DNA from: Macrostomum lignano
Lineage: Eukaryota
Reading direction: 5' to 3'
Assembly: GCA_002269645.1 (NCBI GenBank)
Contig: NIVC01002117.1
Location: 1 to 64,000, forward strand
Length of the DNA: 64,000 nt
The position numbers and the translations under genes were made by a program. This document shows, in pieces, positions 23,497 to 34,920 of this stretch (positions within the stretch are counted from its first letter, which is position 1; each line of letters begins with the position of its first letter). The notes under the pieces are model-generated. The model had not been told where the DNA came from. It worked only from the letters and a program-made list of their open reading frames with translations, and ran no database searches.

Positions 23497-26400
23497 TTAC
23501 TGCAACGGCTGCGGCGCGGCGGGTGACAGAGCGGCGGTGCTAGTGTCGAACTTGAGCTGGGCCTTGGACTTGAGATATTCGTCCTCGGCCAGCTGCAGCA
23601 CGTCCGGCCGCAAACGTTTGTCGTGGGTGACGCAGCGTCGGATAAAGTTTTTAGCCTGCTCGGACACCCGGCAGCTGCTAGGCGTAGACGGAGGGAATTC
23701 CACTCGGCGAGCGTGCAGCAGTATGGTGTGATTGCGCAACACGTCGGCCTGGCTCAGATTGTTGCCGAACGGCTTCTGGCCGTACAGGCACTGGTAGAAG
23801 ATCACGCCTACGCTCCACACGTCCACTTTGCTGGATATTTTTGGCACATTCTCTGAGCCGGTCTCGAAGCACTCGGGCGGCAGGTACCAATAGGTGCCGG
23901 AGCCTGGGCTGGTCAGGTCCATGCCCGTGTCAGCCTGGAGTTAAATTAAGTTATAAACTTGCTTCATACTACTGAGTGAAGTAGCTTATAAATTTTAATT
24001 ATAAGACTGGGGAGCGTACTCTCATTTGCTCATGCGACTAATTATACCCTCAAGATTCCTACAAAGGCCTCACCTGAAACTTGTCCTCCGTCATCACTTT
24101 ACTCAGACCGAAATCTGTCAGTTTAATAGCGGCAATGGAGTCGCCTTCGCCCAGCAGAATATTGCCAGGCTTCAAATCGTAGTGAATGACTGGCGGCTTG
24201 CGCTGATTGAGATACTTCAGGGCGCTCACCACCTGGCAGATGATGTTCCTGGCCTCGCGTTCTGGCAAACTCTTGTTCTGCTTCAAATAGAAGTCCAGAT
24301 CGCAGCCTTTGGAGTACTCCAGCACAGTGCAGAAGCAGTCGCAGTCGATGTCAAACACGTCGTACACTTCAACAATACGCGGATGATGCAGGGTTTTGTG
24401 TATCTCAATCTCGCGCACCGCGTGGCGAATGTAATTGTCTTTCTTCTCCTTGGGCCAGGCCGGGTTTAGCTGGTGGATTTTGCAGGCAACGAACCGGTGC
24501 TCCGACAAGTCGTAGGCCTTGTGAACCTGGCCGGGCGGCGAGGGGAATTGCAGATCTTGTAGAGGGGGAATTGCAGATCTTGTAGAGGGGGAATTGCAGA
24601 TCTTGTAGAAGGGGAATTGCAGATTTTGTAGAGAGGGAATTGCAGATCTTGTAGAGGGAGAATTGCAGATCTAGTGGAAGGGGAATTGCAGATCTTGTAG
24701 AAGGGGAATTGCAGATCTTGTAGAATGGCCATTGCAGATCTTTTAGAAGGGGAATTGCAGATCTTGTGGAAGGGGAATTGCAGATCTAGTAGAAGGGAAA
24801 TTGCAGATTGCAGATTTGTGAAGGAAAAGGAGAGTTGCAAATGCTGTGGAATCAAAAATTTTAAGTGTGGTAGAAAATGAATTACAAATGGAGGAATGGG
24901 AAATACAGATGCACTCGGAGGGAAATCGAAATCTTTGCTATTTATACAATTGCCTACCTCGGAAAAGCCGCCCCTGCCCAGCAGAGAAAGCAGCATGTAG
25001 CGATCGTGCAGCTCTGTGTTGCCCTGAAACCGGCTGGAGTCCTCATTCTGTATGCGCTTCATCTCTCGAATGTGAACGTTTCTCTCCCTATCCAGCTTCT
25101 CCATCTCGTCACGGATTTCTTTTTCATCTTTAATGAACACCTGGCGTTGAATGTCGTACACCTCCAGCTGGGTGAAGAACTCATCAGCGTCCAGATCGGA
25201 GGCTCCGGTGGTGCCGGTTCCTGGCGAAGCGGCTAGCAGCTTGCGAGAGCCGACAGTCTTAGTGGCTCCGCCAGCTAGTGCGGGCTTCCGCTTGTTCCAC
25301 TGCTTCCGTTCCTTCTCGATTCGTTCCTTCTCCTGCTCGATAAAGTGGCGCCGCCTGTGCAGCTCTAGGAAAGCGAAACCGTCGAACCATTTCTCTTCTA
25401 GCTCGGTGCCGCGGCGCATGCTGTGGAACTGGCCGAGGCGCAGTCTGTTAGCCTGGCAGCGATTGCGCGACTCGCGCTTCTCGGCGCGCGACTTCTCTAT
25501 TAGCAGGGAGCGCAGCATCTCCCGGCCTCGTTCCTGGCTGTCCTTCAGCGATTGGATTGCGTTGCGTTGGCTGGCCACCATGCGGGCGAGATCGTCGCGC
25601 GCTTTAATCACATCGGCCAGCTCGGTCCTGGCGTCTGGACTGGCTTGGCACTCTTTCACAGGCGACAGCCGCGATTTGGCAGCCTCCAGCAGCTGCAACG
25701 GCTGCTGCTGCTGTTGCTGTCGCTTGCGCGGACGGCCAGGCCGGCGAGTCGTTGCCGAGCTGACAGCGGCGCCGTCGCTGCTCCGACTGCTGCAGCTGTC
25801 GTCAGACAAAATAACGCACGGAGGATTGCTCAGAGCAGCTGGTGCCGGCAGCAGCGGCAGGCTAGAGGGCGGTACGGCGGGCTGCGTCGGCTGAGCGACG
25901 GGCTGAGACGGAGGCCGCTGCGCTGGGTTGAATTTTGTGTAAAACTCGTCGATTCGGCGACAGCGCCCGCCGGAACTGCCGGGAGTTTTCGGCTGGGCCT
26001 GCTGCTGCTGCGACGATGGCGCCGCTGCATCATCAACAGCGGAGCCTGCGGGCCCGGCCCGGCGCTTCCTGGCCGCCTTGGAGCCAGCAGCGGCAGGGGC
26101 CGTCGAGGCCGACGAACGACAGGCGCTTGGCGAGGCTGAAGACGAAGCGACGGGGCCGGCGGCTGCCACAGCGGCAGCGGCAGCGGCCAGAGCTGCGGAA
26201 GCCTGGCCTGGCTGAGGGGGCTCTTCCGTGCCGGTCGTGTCGCTGATGGTCACCATGGTGATGACGGTGCTGTTGCCAACAGCGGTTCCGCTGATGTTGC
26301 CGCCGACAGATTCCCTATTGAATGAGGCGGAGAAGTCCGCGGTGCTTGGATTGGAGGCTGCGTCAAGCTGGCCGGACTGGCCAGAGGACGACTGCGACAA

Positions 26401-26505
26401 GCCGCCGGCGCGATCGCCAGCCGCGGTGGTCGACGCCGCGCTGGCGCCGCCATAGCTGGGGCCTTGGAAACGGGCTTCTAGAAGCTCCTGTTTCCGCGCA
26501 TCCAT
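23497..26505 (-). CDS. TLK: Tousled-like Ser/Thr kinase, 812 aa; exons 24958-26505, 24074-24526, 23497-23934
   Basis: TLK-type N-terminus [13 protein letters not shown], coiled coil [25 protein letters not shown], and kinase motifs [64 protein letters not shown]. Both introns are phase 0 GT-AG. Confidence 0.95.
24540..24815. repeat. 24-bp minisatellite (AGGGGGAATTGCAGATCTTGTAGA-type), TLK intron 1
   Basis: About 11 copies. Confidence 0.9.
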
Positions 26506-27306
26506 GCGCAGAGCCAGGAATGAGTTAGATCCAATGCAATGGCGAGACAATAGGATCTTCCATTTAAATAAAACACAATATGTACACTTTCTATTCTAAA
26601 TAAAAACTTTTTGTACACTCATTTCTAAAAGGCTACCGAGATAGTCTTTGGCACACAGTCTATATTACCTAGACGTGTCACTCCAACATTCGCTAATGTG
26701 TTTAGCGGCCGTCCCTGAGGCCCCGAAAACCCCAGGGTTAGGGCCACAGACACCAGCTGCTATTGCTTATGCTTGAGAGCAACAGAAGCTACAGTCTATG
26801 GTCCTAATCGGCCAGGCGGCTGTAGTGGCCCACCATCTAGGATAATAGAATCTGTGTCCTTTGGTGTCGGGATAGTGTCTGGCCATAGACAGTCAGTCTT
26901 ATAGAATGCATGTCTATTCCCCAGTTTGATTATCATTTTAGTCTATGGCCAAACCATTCGCTTCGCACATAAGAGAAAGTTTTTATGGTCTATAAATCAG
27001 AAACGTATCGCATGGGGAGGCATCATACAAACTATTTTGCAATTGAATTCGTCCACGAAGGAGTTCATAATAATTGGAGCTAAATTTATATAACAGACAA
27101 CTGCAGTTTTGGCTGTTTTCTTTTCGGAATAAAGGAATGGATGAAAAAAGGTTTAGTGAGTAAACAGTTGTATATGGTATGAACTACATTAATTCAGCTC
27201 CCATTAAGAAAGAATTAGTGGACGAAAGTTTTGCAGATAGAACGATTTCAATTGCAAACAGGAATATTTTCGCATTTAAGCCCTAAATTCTCAAATGTGT
27301 CTTATT

Positions 27307-27616
27307 GACATTGTCACACAACCGGCGAGAGGCATTACTGCCCATTCCGCCGACTCCCCTGAGCAGGCAGACAAGCGCGCGGATACGTACGCGATCATAC
27401 GCATAGGCACACACACAGACATGAGTATATACTTGTACACTTGCATGTACACTTCACTGTGCCTTGGGGGTTGGCCCTCAAGGCCGTTAATTGCACGAGC
27501 AGAGCCAAGCCGAGATTCCAATTTAGCCCCAAATTAATTAATGCGACTGCACTTGGAATCGAGCCTGGGCCGCTGGCACACCAGAGCGCCGCGCCAGACC
27601 ACTGGGCTACGGACCC
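27307..27616 (-). mobile_element. SINE family A copy
   Basis: Reverse complement of the same head (GGGTCCGTAGCCCAGTGG..GGCTCGATTCCAAGTGCAG) and body. Confidence 0.8.
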
Positions 27617-28195
27617 CTCCAAATATTATTACAACTTTGATGCAGTACTCACTAATTCTATTCTGGAATGCTTAAATAATATAATGAAATATAGAAATCC
27701 AGCTAAAACGACTGAAAAAAGAAACTAGCATAGTTGTGATAATAATTTTATTTAATACGGAAACTCCAAATAGGCTATTGAATATTTCGTTTGGTTCAAT
27801 AGCATATTTTAGAAATTTGTCAAATAGCAAGAAGGGATTTGACATTCGATTTGTACACAGCAACAGCCGTGACAGTGACCATGAAATCAGTGACCAGTGT
27901 TTGATATAAATAAAAGCTGAGTTATTGGCAAACTGGAACAGAATAATAGCAAAGATTCGAGACAGCACTGTGTCAATAGTACACCTGCTGGATTGTATAT
28001 CAGCATATAATATTTAACTATAGATGGACTAAGACTAACACCAGACCTGTAAATAAATGCTAAAACGAAGTATTAAGACACGAAAAAGAAATATAGAAAA
28101 TTTATATAGTAGAATGACAGAGAAACAGAGAATCTATGTATTGGTAATATCAGCCAATGTTTCTAGTTGGTAAAGTTGTCTTAAACTTCTGGTTG

Positions 28196-29164
28196 AAGTC
28201 TCGGGTTGTGATGGTGAAGTCTCTAGTTGTGATGGTGAAGTCTCTAGTTGTGATGGTGAAGTCTCTAGTTGTGATGGTGAAGTCTCTAGTTGTGATGGTG
28301 AAGTCTCTAGTTGTGATGGTGAAGTCTCTAGTTGTGATGGTGAAGTCTCTAGTTGTGATGGTGAAGTCTCTAGTTGTGATGGTGAAGTCTCTAGTTGTGA
28401 TGGTGAAGTCTCTAGTTGTGATGGTGAAGTCTCTAGTTGTGATGGTGAAGTTTCTAGTTGTGATGGTGAAGTCTCTAGTTGTGATGGTGAAGTCTCTAGT
28501 TGTGATGGTGAAGTCTCTAGTTGTGATGGTGAAGTCTCTAGTTGTGATGGTGAAGTCTCTAGTTGTGATGGTGAAGTCTCTAGTTGTGATGGTGAAGTCT
28601 CTAGTTGTGATGGTGAAGTCTCTAGTTGTGATGGTGAAGTCTCTAGTTGTGATGGTGAAGTCTCTAGTTGTGATGGTGAAGTCTCTAGTTGTGATGGTGA
28701 AGTCTCTAGTTGTGATGGTGAAGTCTCTAGTTGTGATGGTGAAGTCTCTAGTTGTGATGGTGAAGTCTCTAGTTGTGATGGTGAAGTCTCTAGTTGTGAT
28801 GGTGAAGTCTCTAGTTGTGATGGTGAAGTCTCTAGTTGTGATGGTGAAGTCTCTAGTTGTGATGGTGAAGTCTCTAGTTGTGATGGTGAAGTCTCTAGTT
28901 GTGATGGTGAAGTCTCTAGTTGTGATGGTGAAGTCTCTAGTTGTGATGGTGAAGTCTCTAGTTGTGATGGTGAAGTCTCTAGTTGTGATGGTGAAGTCTC
29001 TAGTTGTGATGGTGAAGTCTCTAGTTGTGATGGTGAAGTCTCTAGTTGTGATGGTGAAGTCTCTAGTTGTGATGGTGAAGTCTCTAGTTGTGATGGTGAA
29101 GTCTCTAGTTGTGATGGTGAAGTCTCTAGTTGTGATGGTGAAGTCTCTAGTTGTGATGGTGAAG
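28196..29164. repeat. Near-perfect 21-bp minisatellite (GGTGAAGTCTCTAGTTGTGAT)
   Basis: About 46 copies; source of the spurious KSLVVMV ORF. Confidence 0.97.
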
Positions 29165-29569
29165 TATCGAGTGGGCGATGGGTAAGACAGTAGGAATTTC
29201 TGCTTGATTTAGCATTGGTTTAGCGATCAGTTAGATTAAATGAAGAAACATTCATTGCTAGCCTGTGGTACTCAGTAGAAACAGAATACACCTAAACAAT
29301 GTGGTCTTTCGCTACCTCACAGCTAAAAAAAATAAACAGCATAACATTAACAATCCTATAGTTTTTTCTAATACAATAAACGATTTTTATAAACACTAAA
29401 ATGATCGGAGTGAACACAATAAAACGTGCAAAACAGAGTCCTTAGGCAAGCTAAAGAATCAATATCAAAGCTTCTGAACGACACAGTCAAATACAGTCCC
29501 TACACATTTATAATGCAACCAAAATAGAAAACCGCAACCGCATGCGACCACCCAAACCAGTCAGCACTG

Positions 29570-32500
29570 TCAGTACACCACCCGGAACACACTGTACTTA
29601 GGATTGTCAAACACCCTCATCAGATGAGGCCGCAGCTGGTCCGGCCGGCTGGCCATGAGTTCGCACAGGACAGGCGAGTCTGGATTTTGAGCCTCTGTCC
29701 GCTCAAATATATCCGGCATTGAGCAGAGCCCGCGGCGGCAGTAGCCTTTCACTAGCAGGGTGTAGTTGACGCTTAGAGACTTTGCTGTGCGAGACCAGTC
29801 AGCCAGAGACAGGTGGCTATACATGCTGTATACCTGCAAAGTCCAGTCAAATCGACAGATGTGAGAGGGGAAGCGGCAGCCATCATCAGCACAGGTGAGA
29901 GGGGAAGCGGCAGCCATCATCAGCACAGGTGAGAGGGGAAGCGGCAGCCATCATCAGCATAGGTGAGAGGGAAAGCGGCAGCCATCATCAGCACAGGTGA
30001 GAGGGGAAGCGGCAGCCATCATCAGCACAGGTGAGAGGGAAAGCGGGGAAGCGGCAGCCATCATCAGCACAGGTGAAAGGGGAAGCGGCAGCCATCATCA
30101 GCACAGGTGAGAGGGAAAGCGGGGAAGCGGCAGCCATCGTCAGCACAGGTGAGAGGGAAAGCGGCAGCCATCATCAGCACAGGTGTGAGGGGAAGCGGCA
30201 GCCATCATTAACACAGGTGAGAGGAGAAGCGGCAGCCATCATCAGCACAGGTGAGAGGGGAAGCGGCAGCCATCATCAGCACAGGTGAGAGGGGAAGCGG
30301 CAGCCATCATCAGCACAGGTGAGAGGGGAAGCGGCAGCCATCATCAGCACAGGTGAGAGGGGAAGCGGGGAAGCGGCAGCCATCATCAGCACAGGTGTGA
30401 GGGGAAGCGGCAGCCATCATCAGCACAGGTGTGAGGGGAAGCGGCAAATTTGAGGGGAATATCTAACCCACCTGTTTAGTCCTTGCCCGCATCCCGGCGT
30501 CCTCATAATGCGGATGATTAACAATAGGCCGATCAGCAACCAATCGAACAGTGGCCGTCACAGGCATGGTGCCGGCAAATGATTCGCCAGGCTTAGTACT
30601 GTCCCGGATCCAATAGACCAGCTGCTCGGTGTGCCAGTCGGAATACTCGCCGCTAATGCTCATCTCGGCAGCATAGTTGGCGCTGCCCTGCCAGCCGGAG
30701 GCGCACAGCAGCAGCAGCAGCGCTGGCAGGCGCAGCCGGTTAGCCGCAGGCATTGGCAGAGCGGCAGCGTGCAGCACCAGCAGTGGAGTGAAGAACAGCT
30801 TGAGTCGCATTATGAGGCCGGCCAGCAAGCCGAAGCCAACCAGCTGGCAGGCGAGGGTCACCGAGGCGGCGTCAACGCCGGGCGATTCTGCCGGCACGCA
30901 GACTGGCGGCTCCGGGCGGCCGAGCACCAGGCGGGCTCGGTACTGGCGGCTGCGGGCGATCACAAGCGCGGCAACGCGGTAGCAGACGTAGGCTAAGCTG
31001 GCTAATCCGGCAGGCAGGGCTAGAGTCTTGCTCAGCTCAATTAACGACTGGGGATCGTAGAAGTCAAACTCTTTGGCGCAGGTGTACATCATCGAGTGAA
31101 AGGTTCGGCCTGCGCTTAGCTTGCTTAGTAAGATGTCCCACATGTGGCTGTCCTGAAGCGGTAAATTAGTTAGATTGCTCATCTCTGTTCGACACATCTT
31201 ATATCTCTAATCAGTCATCTAACAACCCTAGTCTGTGTGAATCAGTCATCTAACAACCCTAGTCTGTGTGAATCAGTCATCTAACAACCCTAGTCTGTGT
31301 GAATCAGTCATCTAACAATCCTAGTCTGTGTGAATCAGTCATCTAACAACCCTAGTCTGTGTGAATCAGTCATCTAACAATCCTAGTCTGTGTGAATCAG
31401 TCATCTAACAACCCTAGTCTGTGTGAATCAGTCATCTAACAACCCTAGTCTGTGTGAATCAGTCATCTAACAATCCTAGTCTGTGTGAATCAGTCATCTA
31501 ACAACCCTAGTCTGTGTGAATCAGTCATCTAACAACCCTAGTCTGTGTGAATCAGTCATCTAACAATCCTAGTCTGTGTGAATCAGTCATCTAACAATCC
31601 TAGTCTGTGTGAATCAGTCATCTAACAATCCTAGTCTGTGTGAATCAGTCATCTAACAATCCTAGTCTGTGTGAATCAGTCATCTAACAACCCTAGTCTG
31701 TGTGAATCAGTCATCTAACAACCCTAGTCTGTGTGAATCAGTCATCTAACAATCCTAGTCTGTGTGAATCAGTCATCTAACAATCCTAGTCTGTGTGAAT
31801 CAGTCATCTAACAACCCTAGTCTGTGTGAATCAGTGACCCCAAGGACAGTCTCACCTGTTCGGCGCCAAGCAGCCAGGCCAGGCCGGCCTTGGCCAGCAG
31901 GGTGCAGCAGAGCCAGAGCACAGGCAGGGCGGGCGCAGCGATGCACATGGGTGCCAGCCGGCTAATCAGCTGGTGCAGCTGCAACAGGGGCAGGGCGGTG
32001 AGCAGGGCGGAGCACAGCAGGCTGCTCACCAGCATAACGTTGCCGAATTGCAGAGCAAATGCCAGAGCCAGAGCCAGCAGCAGCGCCAGCATGGCTAGGC
32101 GGGTCAGCCTGTGACCAAGGTAGCCCAGCGCGTGGGCACACAGCAGGGCGCCGGCCTCCACTAGCAGAGCAAATTGGGCAAACTGCCAAGGCAACAGAAA
32201 CAGAAGAGCAGAGCCGGCCAGAAGCAGGAGAGCAACAGATTTCGGCCGTTCCTCTGTGCCGCCGCGGCGAAGAAAATTCAACAGACAAATCTGGTGCAGC
32301 ACCAGCAGAGGGAAGCTGAAACTCTCGCGCAGGGTTGGCGTCCATTGCACCCGGGTGCACTCTCGGTGGTTGCCTAGGTAACCGACTGTAGCTATGACGC
32401 CAGACAGGGGACAGGGCCGATCCTCAGGCCGGGCATAGCTGGCCAGCAGGGCCAGGCCAGCGGCGGTGAGTCCGCTCAGCAGGTAGACAACTTCAACGTA

Positions 32501-33914
32501 GAAGTACATCGGCTCGCCAATGCCTTCGCAGCTTTGCACGGGCGGCATATCCGAGCCCCGATTTACCTGACAGAGTTCAATAATTTCGATTTTGAATTCG
32601 TCGAAAAATTTCGATCTTGTGAAGCTTCAATCTTACGAAATTCCTACTTTATAACATGGTTTTGTGTGACATACGTGACTGTACGAAACGTACTTACCAA
32701 TTTCTTCAAAGAAGCCACGCTTTATCATACTACTAAATAAGTAGCTAAATGCAATCTTATTGTATTACAAGCCTATCGTGAAGAGGATTCTAAGCTACTC
32801 TGTAAGTAGTATATACTTTGAGGATGGGTTGTAGCTTAGTGGTTAGAGCGTCGGACTCACGACTTGAAGGTCGGGGGTTTGATTCTGGACCCACTCGGAA
32901 CAATTTGTGTCTTTGAGCAAGACACTTAACTCTGCATTGCTTCAGTTCACCCAACTGTAAAATGGGGGCCAGCATTAGCTGGGGTAATTGAGGCTGTGTG
33001 TGGCGACCCCCCAGTCCTTGGACTGAACAGCCGTACGCAGCCTTCAGATGCGCCGCGCAAATAGCTGCGGCTGAGCTGTCGGTTGCGCATCTGCTATTTG
33101 GGGCAGGTTTAATCAAGTATTATTATTATTATCATTAATATATATTCATGCATCCTTTCTAGTAGGCAATCGGCCACTTAAACAGAAAATCTATAAGGAT
33201 AGCGATTGCTTAAGAGCCAAAGCAAGACTACTCATAAGAGCTCTCAGTAGTAGCTTGCATTTAAATCAGCAGTGATCCGGATTTGCTCAACAGATGTTAT
33301 AAGCAGAAGGAATATACTAACTAGTCTTACTTCACGGATGTTAAAGTAAACAGCCGAAGTAACTATAAACATAAATAGATACCCTAATACAGGGTCACCT
33401 AATTTAGCAACGGTAAATAGAAATACAGTACAAGCTCGCTCACCTGATAGCAGTCCCTGGTGTGCCAGCCGAACTGCTGGGCTAGTCCAGCATAAACTCG
33501 GTACATTGCGCCGATGCAGAGCTCCGGATAGAGATTGAACCTGCGCAGGGCATTAATAGTGTCGGGATGCTCGGACAACGTGTCGCTTAGCAACAGACGG
33601 ACGCCATCAAACAGGGTGGGCGCTTCGACAACCTGTTTGAAAAAGCTATAGTAGAATCCCAGCTCGCTAGTTAGAAACATCTCACGCTCGATGGTTGCCA
33701 AATGGGAAAAATGTATGTGATTCTCCCACATGCGAGAGTTCATTCTGTAGGTGAAATAACCTGCCGCAATGGCAACCAGGCATGTCAGTGCAAAGCTGCT
33801 TCGCCAGCTGAGAAAGCCACTACCGCTGGAAGCTTGCTCCGTCTTGTCCGGCTTTACTTCGTGGTGCTGTTGCAGCTTCGGCTGCTGCTGTTTGCGCCTT
33901 TGACGAGCTGACAT
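29570..33914 (-). CDS. DPY19L: DPY19-like tryptophan C-mannosyltransferase, 708 aa; exons 33444-33914, 31856-32566, 30472-31152, 29570-29833
   Basis: DPY19 motifs HFSHLATIEREMFLTSELGFYYSFFK, INALRRFNLYPE, SCEGIGEPMYFY, ECTRVQWTPTLRESFSFP, YTCAKEFDF, LRLKLFFTP-like IMRLKLFFTP, IVNHPHYEDAGMRARTKQVYSMYS. All introns phase 0 GT-AG. The paralog (DPY19L1-4) was not resolved. Confidence 0.92.
29865..30446. repeat. ~33-bp minisatellite (GTGAGAGGGGAAGCGGCAGCCATCATCAGCACAG-type), DPY19L intron 3
   Basis: About 17 copies. Confidence 0.95.
31210..31834. repeat. 31-bp minisatellite (AATCAGTCATCTAACAACCCTAGTCTGTGTG), DPY19L intron 2
   Basis: About 20 copies. Confidence 0.95.
32826..33137 (+). mobile_element. 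tRNA-derived SINE family B (CORE-like) in DPY19L intron 1
   Basis: A box TAGCTTAGTGG, B-box-like GGTTTGATTCT, core 32906-32967 ending CTGTAAAATGGGG, (TAT)n tail. Confidence 0.8.
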
Positions 33915-34582
33915 GGCTGGCTAACAGACTGCAAGTTGAAGTGGATTTATTAACTCATTAAAACTTAAAATATGGTCACGCGGCTTAAGCAGACGGGATT
34001 TAATAGGCAAGTCAAGGAAAACTCAAATTGATACTAAAAACCCAAAGTTTTCATTATTCATTAACACTTTTTATAGCTTGCTTCTCAATCCCATCTAAAC
34101 ATATGTTACTACTATAAACATTACAAGATAACTTGTAATTGTCACTCACGATTAGCATCTAGCTATCACAGCCTTACCCAAGGTGTAGAAGGTAAAGTTG
34201 AAATCGGTGTAGAAATCAGAACTATCTAGATTTAGTAATCTATAAAATTGCCTTAAATAGAACATTTCTATGAACCACAGGTCCTATATAAGATAACTAT
34301 AGCAGCAGATAACTTTATAAGAAATAAAACATTTCGTGATACTTTGTACTTCTACTACAAAGAAGTACATTCAAACTTATACATAGAGATCTAATAATAA
34401 AGATACTTAAAGGGGAACTCTAAAGAATAAAAATAATAACTGTTATGAACCTCTTCTAGTCCAGGGAATTCCATGACTGGCTGAACAATGTTTGAGCTGC
34501 TCTCCCCTAGACACCTAAACACCACTATGCCCTGCTTCTCAAGCTAGCTGCTGAGAGTGACATGCCAGTCATTAAGCCAGCA

Positions 34583-34920
34583 AGGCATGAGCAGACTCAG
34601 TGCCTGCAGTCTAACTTTATTAGCCAATAGCAAGCTAGCTTGGCAGAGCATGAAATCATTATTCATTTTGATTACAGTAAAAATTATTCCTGCTCCCACC
34701 AAGATACCATGCAATTGGTATATTTGTACCAAAATCAAGTTACCATATTCACCGTGGCTGTGTACTACAAGGGTACACTATAGCCAAAAGATGGTAGCTA
34801 TTATCTTAGACATCCAAGACCACTCCAAGGTCACTGGAATTATCTTCCTACATTGCCTGCTATAGGTGAAATTACAATTAGCTCTTGGTTGGTTTTGTAG
34901 CGCTAAATTTTGGACCTAAT
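34583..34920 (+). pseudogene. Degenerate DNA-transposase-like fragment
   Basis: Translation IIIHFDYSKNYSCSHQDTMQLVYLYQNQVTIFTVAVYY, then a frameshift to IILDIQDHSKVTGIIFL, resembles the DF/YSENY..Q..Y..Q.T..SD..H pattern of invertebrate DDD/E transposases (recalled, not searched). In-frame TAG stops are present. Confidence 0.5.

Noticed and set aside
28157-29185. 342-aa KSLVVMV ORF
   Set aside because: Pure 21-bp tandem repeat that happens to lack stops in one frame.
29865-30446. Repeated CAG|GTGAG donor consensus in the array
   Set aside because: On the strand antisense to DPY19L, with no evidence of a + strand transcript.
32826-32895. tRNA-like sequences (also 7790, 10593, 11410-11477, 27545-27616)
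   Set aside because: A/B boxes are present but each is the head of a repeated SINE body; no complete cloverleaf.
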